NCBI GenBank assembly: GCA_963666705.2
Contig: CAXXKO010000025.1
Location: 160,652-224,651, forward strand
From: Alphaproteobacteria bacterium
GTDB lineage: Bacteria; Pseudomonadota; Alphaproteobacteria; CADEGL01
Direction: 5' to 3'
Length of the DNA stretch: 64,000 bases
Position 1 is the first letter of the stretch, and each line of letters starts with the position of its first letter. The position numbers and the translations under genes were made by a program. This document shows positions 56,892-64,000 of this stretch, one piece after another. The notes beneath the pieces are model-generated. The model was not told the origin of the DNA, made no database searches, and saw only the letters and a list, made by a program, of their open reading frames with translations.

Positions 56892-57902
56892 ATGCGGGCA
56901 GTGGGCGATTCTGTGGCGTATATGCGTGCCGGAGACTGGATCGCGGCCCTCTTGGGCCGGGCGGTCGAGTTGCAGCCGCGCCAGTCCCCCGACCAGATCC
57001 CGGCGGCGCGGGCGTTCTGGGACCTCTCGCACCTCAACGCCAACCTGCCCGCGGTCGCCCGCCTCGAGGAGCGGGTGGTGTTGCGCGAACGCGATGGCGC
57101 GGCGCTCACGGCCGAGATCTACGTGCCCGAGGGCGACGGCCCGTTCCCCGCCCTGCTGTATCTCCACGGGGGGAGCTGGTCCCTGTGGAGTGCCGCGCAC
57201 CTGCGCCGGCTGGCCATGCGCTTCGCGGCCGAGGGCTACCTGACCGTCAACCTCGACTACGGGCTCGCGCCCGAGCATCCGTTTCCCTGGGCCGCGCAGG
57301 ACGCCATCTTCGCATGCCGCTGGATCGCCGAGCACGCCCGTGAGTGGGGCGGCGACGGCGGCCCGCTCACCATCGCAGGGGATTCGGCCGGGGCGAACCT
57401 GGGCGCCGCCGCCGTGGCGGCCCATTTCTCGCCGCCTGGTGCTGACTGGCTCGAGCCGGGCGCCGATCACGGCCTCGCCGGCGCGCCGCTCGACTTCGCC
57501 GCCTGCGTCTTCCTCTACGGCGTGTTCGATTTCCCGCTGCTCTTCCAGGAGCCGGGCAGGATCGAAGCCAGCGGCCTGATCGAGACGACGTGGAACTTGG
57601 CCTATCTCGGCCCGAACTTCGTCGCGGTCCACCGCCATCCGCTGGTCAGCCCCATCCTCGCCCCGACCCTTGCCGCCTTTCCCCCGTGCTACCTCTCGTG
57701 TGGGGACCTGGACGGGCTGCTGCCCCAGACCCTCGCCATGGCCAAGCGCCTGATCGCGCTCGGGGTGCCGACCCAACTATCGGTCATGCAGGGGGGCGAC
57801 CACGAGTTCCTGCTGATCGAGGAGACGTGGACGCAAGCGCGGGAAGAGCTCGAAGCCATCTTCCGCTGGCTCGGCGCCCGACGGGGCGGGAGTGCCGCGT
57901 AG
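56892..57902 (+). CDS. Alpha/beta-hydrolase (HSL-type esterase/lipase)
   Basis: HGGSW oxyanion motif and GDSAGANL nucleophile elbow. The start is uncertain (several in-frame Met). Confidence 0.75.
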   Translation: MRAVGDSVAYMRAGDWIAALLGRAVELQPRQSPDQIPAARAFWDLSHLNANLPAVARLEERVVLRERDGAALTAEIYVPEGDGPFPALLYLHGGSWSLWSAAHLRRLAMRFAAEGYLTVNLDYGLAPEHPFPWAAQDAIFACRWIAEHAREWGGDGGPLTIAGDSAGANLGAAAVAAHFSPPGADWLEPGADHGLAGAPLDFAACVFLYGVFDFPLLFQEPGRIEASGLIETTWNLAYLGPNFVAVHRHPLVSPILAPTLAAFPPCYLSCGDLDGLLPQTLAMAKRLIALGVPTQLSVMQGGDHEFLLIEETWTQAREELEAIFRWLGARRGGSAA

Positions 57903-57920
57903 CGCGGATAAGGAGGAGAC

Positions 57921-59006
57921 ATGCGGTTCGGCCTCATCCAGGAAGGCCATATCGGGCCGGGGGTCAGTGCGGCCCAACGCTACGCCGAGATGATCGAGGA
58001 AGCCGTCCTCGCCGAGGAAATGGGGTTCGACTACTACGCCCTCTCCGAGCAGCACTTCCTGGTCGACGTGTGCACGGTCTCGGCACCCGAGGTGCTCTTC
58101 GGCGCCGTCGCCTCCCGGACCGAGCGCATCAAGCTCCGCTTCTGCGCCGCCGTCCTCCATAGCTACAACCATCCCATCCGCATCGCCGAGCGCATCACCA
58201 CCCTCGACGCCCTCAGCCACGGGCGCGCCGAGCTCGCCACCGCGCGCTCCAACAACCTGAACACGCTCCAGGCCTTCGGCGTCGATCCCAAGGACACCAA
58301 GGCCCAATGGGCCGAATCCCTCGAGGTCATCATCAAGGCGCTGACCCAGGACCCGTTCGAGCATCACGGCCATTTCTGGGATATCCCGCCGCGCTCCCTC
58401 ACCCCCCTGCCCTATCCCCGGGCGGACCGGCCGATCCTGCCGATCTGGGTGACGGCCGGGGGCATCGATTCCCACCGGGCGGCGGGCGAGAAGGGGATCG
58501 GCGTCTTGACGGGCCAGAGCATCTACGGCTGGGACTACGCCGAGCTTTGCGTGAAGGCCTACAAGGAGGCCATCGCCGACGCGCGGCCCATAGCACCCGG
58601 CCCGGTCAACAACTCCGACGGCTTCTTCGCCGCCGTCACCCATTGCGCGGAGACGGAGAAGGAGGCGATGGACCAGGTCCGCGACGTCGCCTACAGGTTC
58701 GTCGACCTCGCCATCTGGCTCTTCGGCAGCCTGGCACCCACCTCGCCCGACTACGCCTACATGAGCCGGATCGAGGAAGTCCGCAACCGCAACCGCGACC
58801 TCGAATACCTCATCGAGCGCGCACCCTACCTCCAGATCGGCACGCCCGACACCCTCACCGAACGCTTCAAGCGGCTCGAGGCCATGGGCATCAACGAGAT
58901 GGTGCTGCGCATCGACGGCACGGCCCACGAGCACGCGCGGCGCGCGATTCAGCTGATCGGCCAGGAGGTGATCCCCAGGTTCCGCCCCGACGCGGCGCGG
59001 GCATGA
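57921..59006 (+). CDS. LLM-class flavin-dependent oxidoreductase
   Basis: 361 aa. MRFGLIQEGH...EEMGFDYYALSEQHF... Confidence 0.75.
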   Translation: MRFGLIQEGHIGPGVSAAQRYAEMIEEAVLAEEMGFDYYALSEQHFLVDVCTVSAPEVLFGAVASRTERIKLRFCAAVLHSYNHPIRIAERITTLDALSHGRAELATARSNNLNTLQAFGVDPKDTKAQWAESLEVIIKALTQDPFEHHGHFWDIPPRSLTPLPYPRADRPILPIWVTAGGIDSHRAAGEKGIGVLTGQSIYGWDYAELCVKAYKEAIADARPIAPGPVNNSDGFFAAVTHCAETEKEAMDQVRDVAYRFVDLAIWLFGSLAPTSPDYAYMSRIEEVRNRNRDLEYLIERAPYLQIGTPDTLTERFKRLEAMGINEMVLRIDGTAHEHARRAIQLIGQEVIPRFRPDAARA

Positions 59007-59767
59007 CGCGCGAGTACGGGGCGCTCCTGCGGCTCGGGCTCGTCGTCCCTCCGGCGAACGCGACGGTGGAGCCGGAGATGGCGGCCCTCCTGCCCAAGGA
59101 CGCGGCGATCCATGCCGCGCGGCTGCCCGGGATCGTCGAACAGGAGACCGGGCGCGGGCTCGACGCCCGGATCCGGGGGTATCTCGCGGCCCTGCCGGAC
59201 GTGGTGCGGTCGTTCGGCGGCATGGCGCTCGACGCCATCTGCCTGATGCATACGGGCTGCTCCTACGTCGTCGGGACGCAAGGGGAAGCCGGCTTGCGCG
59301 AGGCGCTCGACCGCGCCGGCGCGGGCCATGCCTTCACCGCCGCCGGGGCCGTCGAGGCCACCCTCGCGGCCCTCGGATGCCGCCGGATCGCCCTCGTCCT
59401 GCCCTACCCCGAATGGCTCTGCGAGGCCGCCGTCGCGTATTGGGAAGCGCGCGGCTTCACCGTCGCCGGCGTGGAGAAGCCGCGCGACGTGGTGTCGATC
59501 TACGAGATCGCGCCCGAGGACATGATCGAGGCCGCCCGGCGCCTCGACCTGGGCGCGGCCGACGCCATCCTCCTCAGCGGGACCGGGCCGCCGACCCTGC
59601 GCGCCCTCGCCGCGCCCGCGCCCGGAAACGGCATCCCCATCCTGTCCTCGAACCAGTGCGTGGCGTGGCAGGCCCTCAGCCGAGTTGCGGCGGCCGGCGC
59701 GGCGCTCCCGGGCCTCTCCCCGCCGCTCAGGGACCTGGCCGACCGGCTGGCCCCGCAAAGCGGCTGA
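59003..59767 (+). CDS. Asp/Glu-racemase-superfamily protein (maleate cis-trans isomerase / arylmalonate decarboxylase-like)
   Basis: ATGA overlap with the upstream LLM gene. ...RLGLVVPPANATVEPEMAALLP...CLMHTGCSYV...ILLSGTG...LSSNQ. Confidence 0.65.
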   Translation: MTREYGALLRLGLVVPPANATVEPEMAALLPKDAAIHAARLPGIVEQETGRGLDARIRGYLAALPDVVRSFGGMALDAICLMHTGCSYVVGTQGEAGLREALDRAGAGHAFTAAGAVEATLAALGCRRIALVLPYPEWLCEAAVAYWEARGFTVAGVEKPRDVVSIYEIAPEDMIEAARRLDLGAADAILLSGTGPPTLRALAAPAPGNGIPILSSNQCVAWQALSRVAAAGAALPGLSPPLRDLADRLAPQSG

Positions 59768-59778
59768 CCCGGCAGTGG

Positions 59779-59864
59779 AAATGTCAAGGAATGTCAAGGT
59801 GAAAAGTGATTAAATTGAATGATATTAAGAGGTTACAAGATTCGGCCTCGAACCTTGACATTTC
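59779..59864. repeat. Perfect 12-bp inverted repeat enclosing an AT-rich 62-bp spacer
   Basis: GAAATGTCAAGG (59779-59790, with a second direct AATGTCAAGG at 59790-59799) and CCTTGACATTTC (59853-59864). Local GC is far below the surroundings. Confidence 0.7.
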
Positions 59865-59946
59865 TATACATTTTTCCCTCGCGATGGACACATCGATGTA
59901 TGTGGGTATTCGGTCCTGCTGAATCAAGAGCTGGATCCGACGCCCG

Positions 59947-60214
59947 CTAGAGTGGTTCCGCTTCGATCGGACCCACTCTAGCGATTGTTTCGCTCGCGGC
60001 AGCGGACCGAGTGGTCCGCGCCTGCGCGGGCGCGCCGGGCAACCGGCGGGCCGCCTTGCGGCCTGGAGCGATTCCAGTCGAGGTGGAATCGCTCTAGCCT
60101 TTTTTATCGCTCGCGGCAGCGGACCGAGTGGTCCGCGCCTGCGCGGGCGCGCCGGGCAACCGGCGGGCCGCCTTGCGGCCTGGAGCGATTCCAGTCGAGG
60201 TGGAATCGCTCTAG
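59947..60214 (+). repeat. Structured repeat array, left: one terminator-like hairpin plus two ~116-bp units
   Basis: Hairpin CTAGAGTGGTTCCGCTTCGATCGGACCCACTCTAG (59947-59981). The two units (59982-60097, 60098-60214) differ only in their first ~10 nt and otherwise match. Each is a chain of GC hairpins ending GGAGCGATTCCAGTCGAGGTGGAATCGCTCTAG, followed by a T-run. Confidence 0.85.
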
Positions 60215-60879
60215 CGTTTGCGCGCCAGGGTCAGCCCGTCGGCGAGGGGGAGCATGCTGAGGCTCACGCGCTCGTCGGCCAGGAGCTTGGTGTTGAAGGC
60301 GCGGATGGCCTCCGTCGACTCGCTGGTGTCCTCGGGGTCCGCGACCTTGCCCTCCCACAGCACGTTGTCGACGGCGATGACCCCGCCCTGGCGCAGCAGC
60401 GCGAGGCAGCGCTCGTAATAGCCCTGATAGCCGCCCTTGTCGGCGTCGATGAAGGCGAAGTCGTAGGCGCCGGCCTCGCCCGCCGCGAGGAGGCCGTCGA
60501 GGGTCTCCATCCCCGGCGCCAAATGCAGCGCGATCTTGCCGGCGACGCCCGCCTCGGCCCAGTAGCGGCGCGCGATATCGGTCCATTCCACGCTCACGTC
60601 GCAGGCCACCAGGTGGCCGTCCCCGGGCAGGCCCAAGGCGACCGAGATCGCGCTGTAGCCCGTGAAAGTGCCGACCTCGATAGTGCGCCGCGCGCCGATC
60701 AACTCGACCAGGAGGCGCATGAATTGGCCCTGTTCGGGCGAGATCTGCATGATCGACATTTCGAGCTTCGCGGTCTCCTCGCGGAGCCGGCGCAGGACCT
60801 CGGGCTCACGCAACGAGGCCGAAAGCATGTAGTCGTAAAGCCTGTCGTCGAGGTTCAACCCGCGCTTGGACACTTGCAC
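60211..60879 (-). CDS. Class I SAM-dependent O-methyltransferase (caffeoyl-CoA OMT-like)
   Basis: 222 aa, GTG start. ...ISPEQGQFMRLLVELIGARRTIEVGTFTGYSA...FAFIDADKGGY...GGVIAVDNVLW. The stop codon lies inside the last CTAG of the left repeat array. Confidence 0.85.
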   Translation of the reverse strand: MQVSKRGLNLDDRLYDYMLSASLREPEVLRRLREETAKLEMSIMQISPEQGQFMRLLVELIGARRTIEVGTFTGYSAISVALGLPGDGHLVACDVSVEWTDIARRYWAEAGVAGKIALHLAPGMETLDGLLAAGEAGAYDFAFIDADKGGYQGYYERCLALLRQGGVIAVDNVLWEGKVADPEDTSESTEAIRAFNTKLLADERVSLSMLPLADGLTLARKR

Positions 60880-60904
60880 ATGCTCCGGTTGGTGAGTGGG
60901 CGGT

Positions 60905-61283
60905 CTAGAGTGGGTCCGCTTCGATCGGACCCACTCTAGCGTTTTTTATCGCTCGCGGCAGCGGACCAAATGGTCCGCGCCCGCGCGGGCGCGCCGGAGA
61001 ACCGGCGGGCCGCCTTGCGGCCTGGAGCGATTCCGCTTCGATCGGACCCACTCTAGCGTTTTTTATCGCTCGCGGCAGCGGACCAAGTGGTCCGCGCCTG
61101 CGCGGGCGCGCCGGATGACCGGCGGGCCGCCTTGCGGCCTGGAGCGATTCCAGACGAGGTGGAATCGCTCCTTTGTCGCTCGCGGCAGCGGACCAAATGG
61201 TCCGCGCCTGCGCGGGCGCGCCGGATAACCGGCGGGCCGCCTTGCGGCCTGGAGCGATTCCAGGCGAACTGGAATCGCTCTAG
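60905..61283 (+). repeat. Structured repeat array, right: one hairpin plus three ~112-117-bp units
   Basis: Hairpin CTAGAGTGGGTCCGCTTCGATCGGACCCACTCTAG + CGTTTTTTAT (60905-60949). Units at 60940-61056, 61057-61171 and 61172-61283, homologous to the left array. The first unit ends in a chimeric, non-pairing hairpin. Confidence 0.85.
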
Positions 61284-61310
61284 CGCAGACTTGGGCTTGC
61301 GGCCCCCGGG

Positions 61311-62102
61311 TCAAGCGGACTCTTCGATGGCCTCGACCCGCGCCAGGGCGGCATCGAACGCGGCCCGCCAGGTGTTCGCGAAATCGCGAGCGCGCAGCTG
61401 CGCGAGCCCGGCCTCGGCGAGCCCGCCGGGCGTGGCGAGGGCCGCCACGACCGCGCCATAGGCGCGCGCGTCCTCGGCGCCCATCGCCGCGGCCGCCGCC
61501 ACGAAATGCGCCGCCGGCAGCATCCGCGCCGCCGCCGGGTCGAGGCCGTTGGCGATGGCCCAGTCCGCCGTCCGGCCGACGAGCTCGTGACAGAAGGTAA
61601 AGGCCACGGCGACGGCGGTGGCGACGGCGAGCTCCTCCTCGCGGCCAAGCGGCGTGACGCGCCCCAGCATGCCCAGGATCGATGCGGCGCGGGGGTGGTC
61701 GGGGAACATGACCGTGGGGCTGGCGCCCGCCGCGGCCGACATCATGGGCATGGCGCGGACGATCTCGGGCGCGCCGGCCGCCGCGGCGAGCGTGCGCCGC
61801 GAGACCCCGGCGCAGGTGGAGATCAGGAGCTGGCCCCGCCGCCAGGGCAGCCCCGCGACGACTTCGGCCGCGAGGGGCGGACGGACGCAGAGGAACACCA
61901 CGTCCGCGCGCGCGACCAGATCGGAATTGTCGCGCGCGGCCTCCAGCCCGAGGCCCACCGCGCCCGCGCCGCGTGGTGCGAGCAGGATACGCCCGGGCTC
62001 GAGCCCGGCATGGAGGAGGCCCCGGGCGATGGCGCCGCCAATATGGCCGACGCCGAGCACACCCAGCCGCCCCGCCCCGAGCCCGTCACCGCCGCTCGTC
62101 AT
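61311..62102 (-). CDS. Pyrroline-5-carboxylate reductase-family NAD(P) oxidoreductase
   Basis: ATG at 62102. ...LGVLGVGHIGGAIARGL... Rossmann motif. C-terminal ...ATPGGLAEAGL... resembles the ProC dimerisation-domain motif. Confidence 0.6.
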   Translation of the reverse strand: MTSGGDGLGAGRLGVLGVGHIGGAIARGLLHAGLEPGRILLAPRGAGAVGLGLEAARDNSDLVARADVVFLCVRPPLAAEVVAGLPWRRGQLLISTCAGVSRRTLAAAAGAPEIVRAMPMMSAAAGASPTVMFPDHPRAASILGMLGRVTPLGREEELAVATAVAVAFTFCHELVGRTADWAIANGLDPAAARMLPAAHFVAAAAAMGAEDARAYGAVVAALATPGGLAEAGLAQLRARDFANTWRAAFDAALARVEAIEESA

Positions 62103-62267
62103 GCCTCGCCTCCCAGTGGTTCGCGTCTGACGCTTGGAACCCTCTCCCACCTATTCCCCTGGCAAAATTGGGGCCTGGTCCCATTTTTGGCCTCATTTTT
62201 CGTCTCAAAGACCCTTTTTGGCGCGCGGGCGCACACCCCCTCACCCCGACCCACTCCCCGAGGGGAG

Positions 62268-62306
62268 AGGGGGATTCTGAAGGGGGATTCTGAAGGGGGA
62301 TTCGAG
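62268..62306. repeat. Three tandem 13-mers next to a GC palindrome
   Basis: AGGGGGATTCTGA x2 then AGGGGGATTCGAG, preceded by CTCCCCGAGGGGAG (62254-62267). Confidence 0.7.
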
Positions 62307-62341
62307 GGACTCCGGGGGAATCATGTGTCTGGTGCTCGCCC

Positions 62342-63112
62342 CTAGGTCGCCAGGAAGCCGCCGTCCACCGGCAGCACGGCGCCGGTGACAAAGGACGAGA
62401 GCGGCGAGGCGAGGAAGAGGATCGCCGCCGCGATCTCTTCCGGCTCCGCCGGCCGGCCGAGGGGCGTGCGGGCGTAGAGCGCGGCCTGGATCTCGCCCGT
62501 CCCCGCCCCGCCCTCGATCATGCGCGTCCTCACGTCGCTCGGCGCGACCGCGTTCACGCGGATGCCGAAGGGTGCGAGCTCGACGGCCAGGGCCTTGGTC
62601 ATGGCGACGAGGGCACCCTTGGACGCCGTATAGGCCGATGCCGCCTCGGCCGCCGTGAAGGCCCAGGTCGAGGCGACGTTGACCACCGTCCCCCGGGTCT
62701 CGCGAAGCTGGCCGAGGAAGGCATGGGTGACGTGGTAGGGGCCGTCGGCGTTGACGGCGAGCACCCGGCGCCACGCCGCCACCGCATCCGCGTCCCCGGC
62801 CGCCACCCGTTCGAAGACGCCGGCATTGTTGACCAGGACCGAGACCGGGCCGGCCCGCTCACGGACCCGCGCGGCGCAGGCCTGGACCGACTCGAGGGAG
62901 GCGATGTCCACGACCGCGCTCTCGGGCGCGGCGGCCGCGCCGAATTCGCCCACCGCGCGCGCGAGCGCGCCCGCGTCGATGTCGGCGAGGACGACGCGCG
63001 CGCCGGCCGCCGCGAGTGCGCGCCCGGTCGCGAGGCCGATGCCCCGCGCCGCGCCGGTGACGAGCGCCACCCGGCCGGCGAGGAGATCGTCCCTGTACCC
63101 CATAATCGTCAT
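62342..63112 (-). CDS. SDR-family oxidoreductase
   Basis: MTIMGYRDDLLAGRVALVTGAARGIGLATG...YTASKGAL. The longer ORF start (63163) would run into the repeat family 2 copies. Confidence 0.8.
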   Translation of the reverse strand: MTIMGYRDDLLAGRVALVTGAARGIGLATGRALAAAGARVVLADIDAGALARAVGEFGAAAAPESAVVDIASLESVQACAARVRERAGPVSVLVNNAGVFERVAAGDADAVAAWRRVLAVNADGPYHVTHAFLGQLRETRGTVVNVASTWAFTAAEAASAYTASKGALVAMTKALAVELAPFGIRVNAVAPSDVRTRMIEGGAGTGEIQAALYARTPLGRPAEPEEIAAAILFLASPLSSFVTGAVLPVDGGFLAT

Positions 63113-63123
63113 CGCCGGACCCT

Positions 63124-63256
63124 TATATCGCTCAAGCGCCGCTAAGGCTGGTATATCGCTCAAGCGCCGCTAAGGCTGGCCTCGCATAAGCTCGGGCGCG
63201 CGGTCGCGCTTGCCAGACAACGATGAGCGAAGCTCATCGCCGCCTGGTATTATCCC
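63124..63256. repeat. Intergenic repeat family 2 (related to 38703-38925)
   Basis: TATATCGCTCAAGCGCCGCTAAGGCTGG x2, then ...GCTCGGGCGCGCGGTCGCGCTTGCCAGACAACGATGAGCGAAGCTCATCGCCGCC... The module order parallels the 38827-38925 unit. Confidence 0.7.
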
Positions 63257-63259
63257 CAC

Positions 63260-64000
63260 TCACGAGGCCGGCGCGGCGCGCGCCGCGATATGGCGCGCGG
63301 CCACGTAGCCGAAGGTCATCGCCGCGCCGATGGTGATGCCGGCCCCGGGATAGGCCCCGCCCATGACGCTCGCCATATCGTTGCCGACGGGGTAGAGGCC
63401 CGGGATCGGCGCGCCGTCGCCGTCGAGGACCTGGGCGTTCTCGTCCGTATCGAGGCCCATGAAGGTGCCGAGGTCGCCGGGGACGATGCGGACGGCGTAG
63501 AAGGGGCCGGCCCGGAGCGGCCCGAGGGCCGGGTTGGGCGCATGATTCGGGTCGCCGTTGGAGAGGTTGTAGGCGCCGCGGCCGCGGCCGAAATCTGGGT
63601 CCTCGCCCCGCGCCGCGTGGCTGTTGAACCGCTTCAACGTCTGGGCGAGCCCATCCCCGTCCACCCCCAGCGCCCCGGCCAGCGCCCCTATGGTCGCCCC
63701 CTCGACCAGGTAGCCCGAGCGCAGGTGCGGGCCGAGGCGCCCCGGGGCCGGCGGCACCACCCCCATGCCATGGCGCCGGATCGCCGCGCGGTCGGCGATG
63801 ACGAAGGCCTCGACCTCGGCATCGTCGTGGCAGGCCTCGATCATCGCCTGCACGATCACGTGATAGGAGTCCGATTCGTTGACGAAGCGCCGGCCGCGCC
63901 GGCCCACGATGATGAAGCCTGGCTTGTTGCGGTCGATGAAGTGGGGGAAGGGCACGAGCGACCCGCCGCGTTGCGGGACGAGGGAGACCGGGGCCCAGGC
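63260..64000 (-). CDS. FAD-dependent oxidoreductase, C-terminal part (KstD/fumarate-reductase-flavoprotein-like); 5' end outside the window
   Basis: ...GLYPVGNDMASVMGGAYPGAGITIGAAMTFGYVAARHIA (typical C-terminal FAD-binding motif). The frame stays open to the window edge. Confidence 0.65.
   Translation of the reverse strand, partial: AWAPVSLVPQRGGSLVPFPHFIDRNKPGFIIVGRRGRRFVNESDSYHVIVQAMIEACHDDAEVEAFVIADRAAIRRHGMGVVPPAPGRLGPHLRSGYLVEGATIGALAGALGVDGDGLAQTLKRFNSHAARGEDPDFGRGRGAYNLSNGDPNHAPNPALGPLRAGPFYAVRIVPGDLGTFMGLDTDENAQVLDGDGAPIPGLYPVGNDMASVMGGAYPGAGITIGAAMTFGYVAARHIAARAAPAS

Noticed and set aside
59825-59865. tRNA-like T-arm (GGTTCGAGGCCGAATC on the minus strand) as a tRNA gene fragment or integrase att site
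   Set aside because: No acceptor stem, anticodon arm or CCA context could be folded, and no integrase is nearby.
59947-61283. Possible CRISPR array (regularly spaced repeats with palindromic cores)
   Set aside because: The units abut each other with no unique spacers, the unit length (~115 bp) is far above CRISPR repeat size, and no cas genes are in the window.

Overview
High-GC (hand-estimated ~65-70%) alphaproteobacterial chromosomal window with about 60 genes. All family calls come from reading motifs in the supplied translations. No database search was run.

(1) 0-27 kb, housekeeping backbone. mltG-fabF-acpP and fabG-fabD lie on the minus strand. rpsF-rpsR-DUF2232-rplI-cfa-dnaB-alr-mlaEF-radA-cvpA-purF lie on the plus strand. 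The normally tight fabG-acpP junction is split by a ~5.9 kb accessory insert. It holds a low-GC orphan gene for a vWA(MIDAS)+coiled-coil protein with a tandem duplication of its 3' end. Three different IS elements have landed in it (IS1595 family, IS4 family, ISNCY/IS1202-like), each with readable inverted repeats (IRs) and target-site duplications (TSDs).

(2) 27-51 kb, one long minus-strand catabolic supercluster. In transcription order: MarR, FAD subunit, fused 2Fe2S/MoCo hydroxylase, Hnr-like Fe-S protein, UPF0280/ApbE-like, Liv-type ABC importer, hydantoinase A/B, PrpE-like CoA ligase, three paralogous SDRs. It is interrupted by a second identical IS4 copy, a MITE-like palindromic element, an IS256 element and a 33-residue-repeat alpha-solenoid protein.

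(3) 51-64 kb. MscS, RidA, GST, a Rieske oxygenase, two LLM monooxygenases, GYD, an esterase, a maleate-isomerase-like gene, an O-methyltransferase flanked by arrays of ~115-bp structured repeats, a ProC-like gene, an SDR and a partial FAD oxidoreductase.

Seven genes are disrupted: five frameshifts, one in-frame TAG and one IS insertion. There are five IS copies from four families and at least four families of GC-rich hairpin intergenic repeats. I found no rRNA, tRNA, CRISPR array, integrase or prophage genes.
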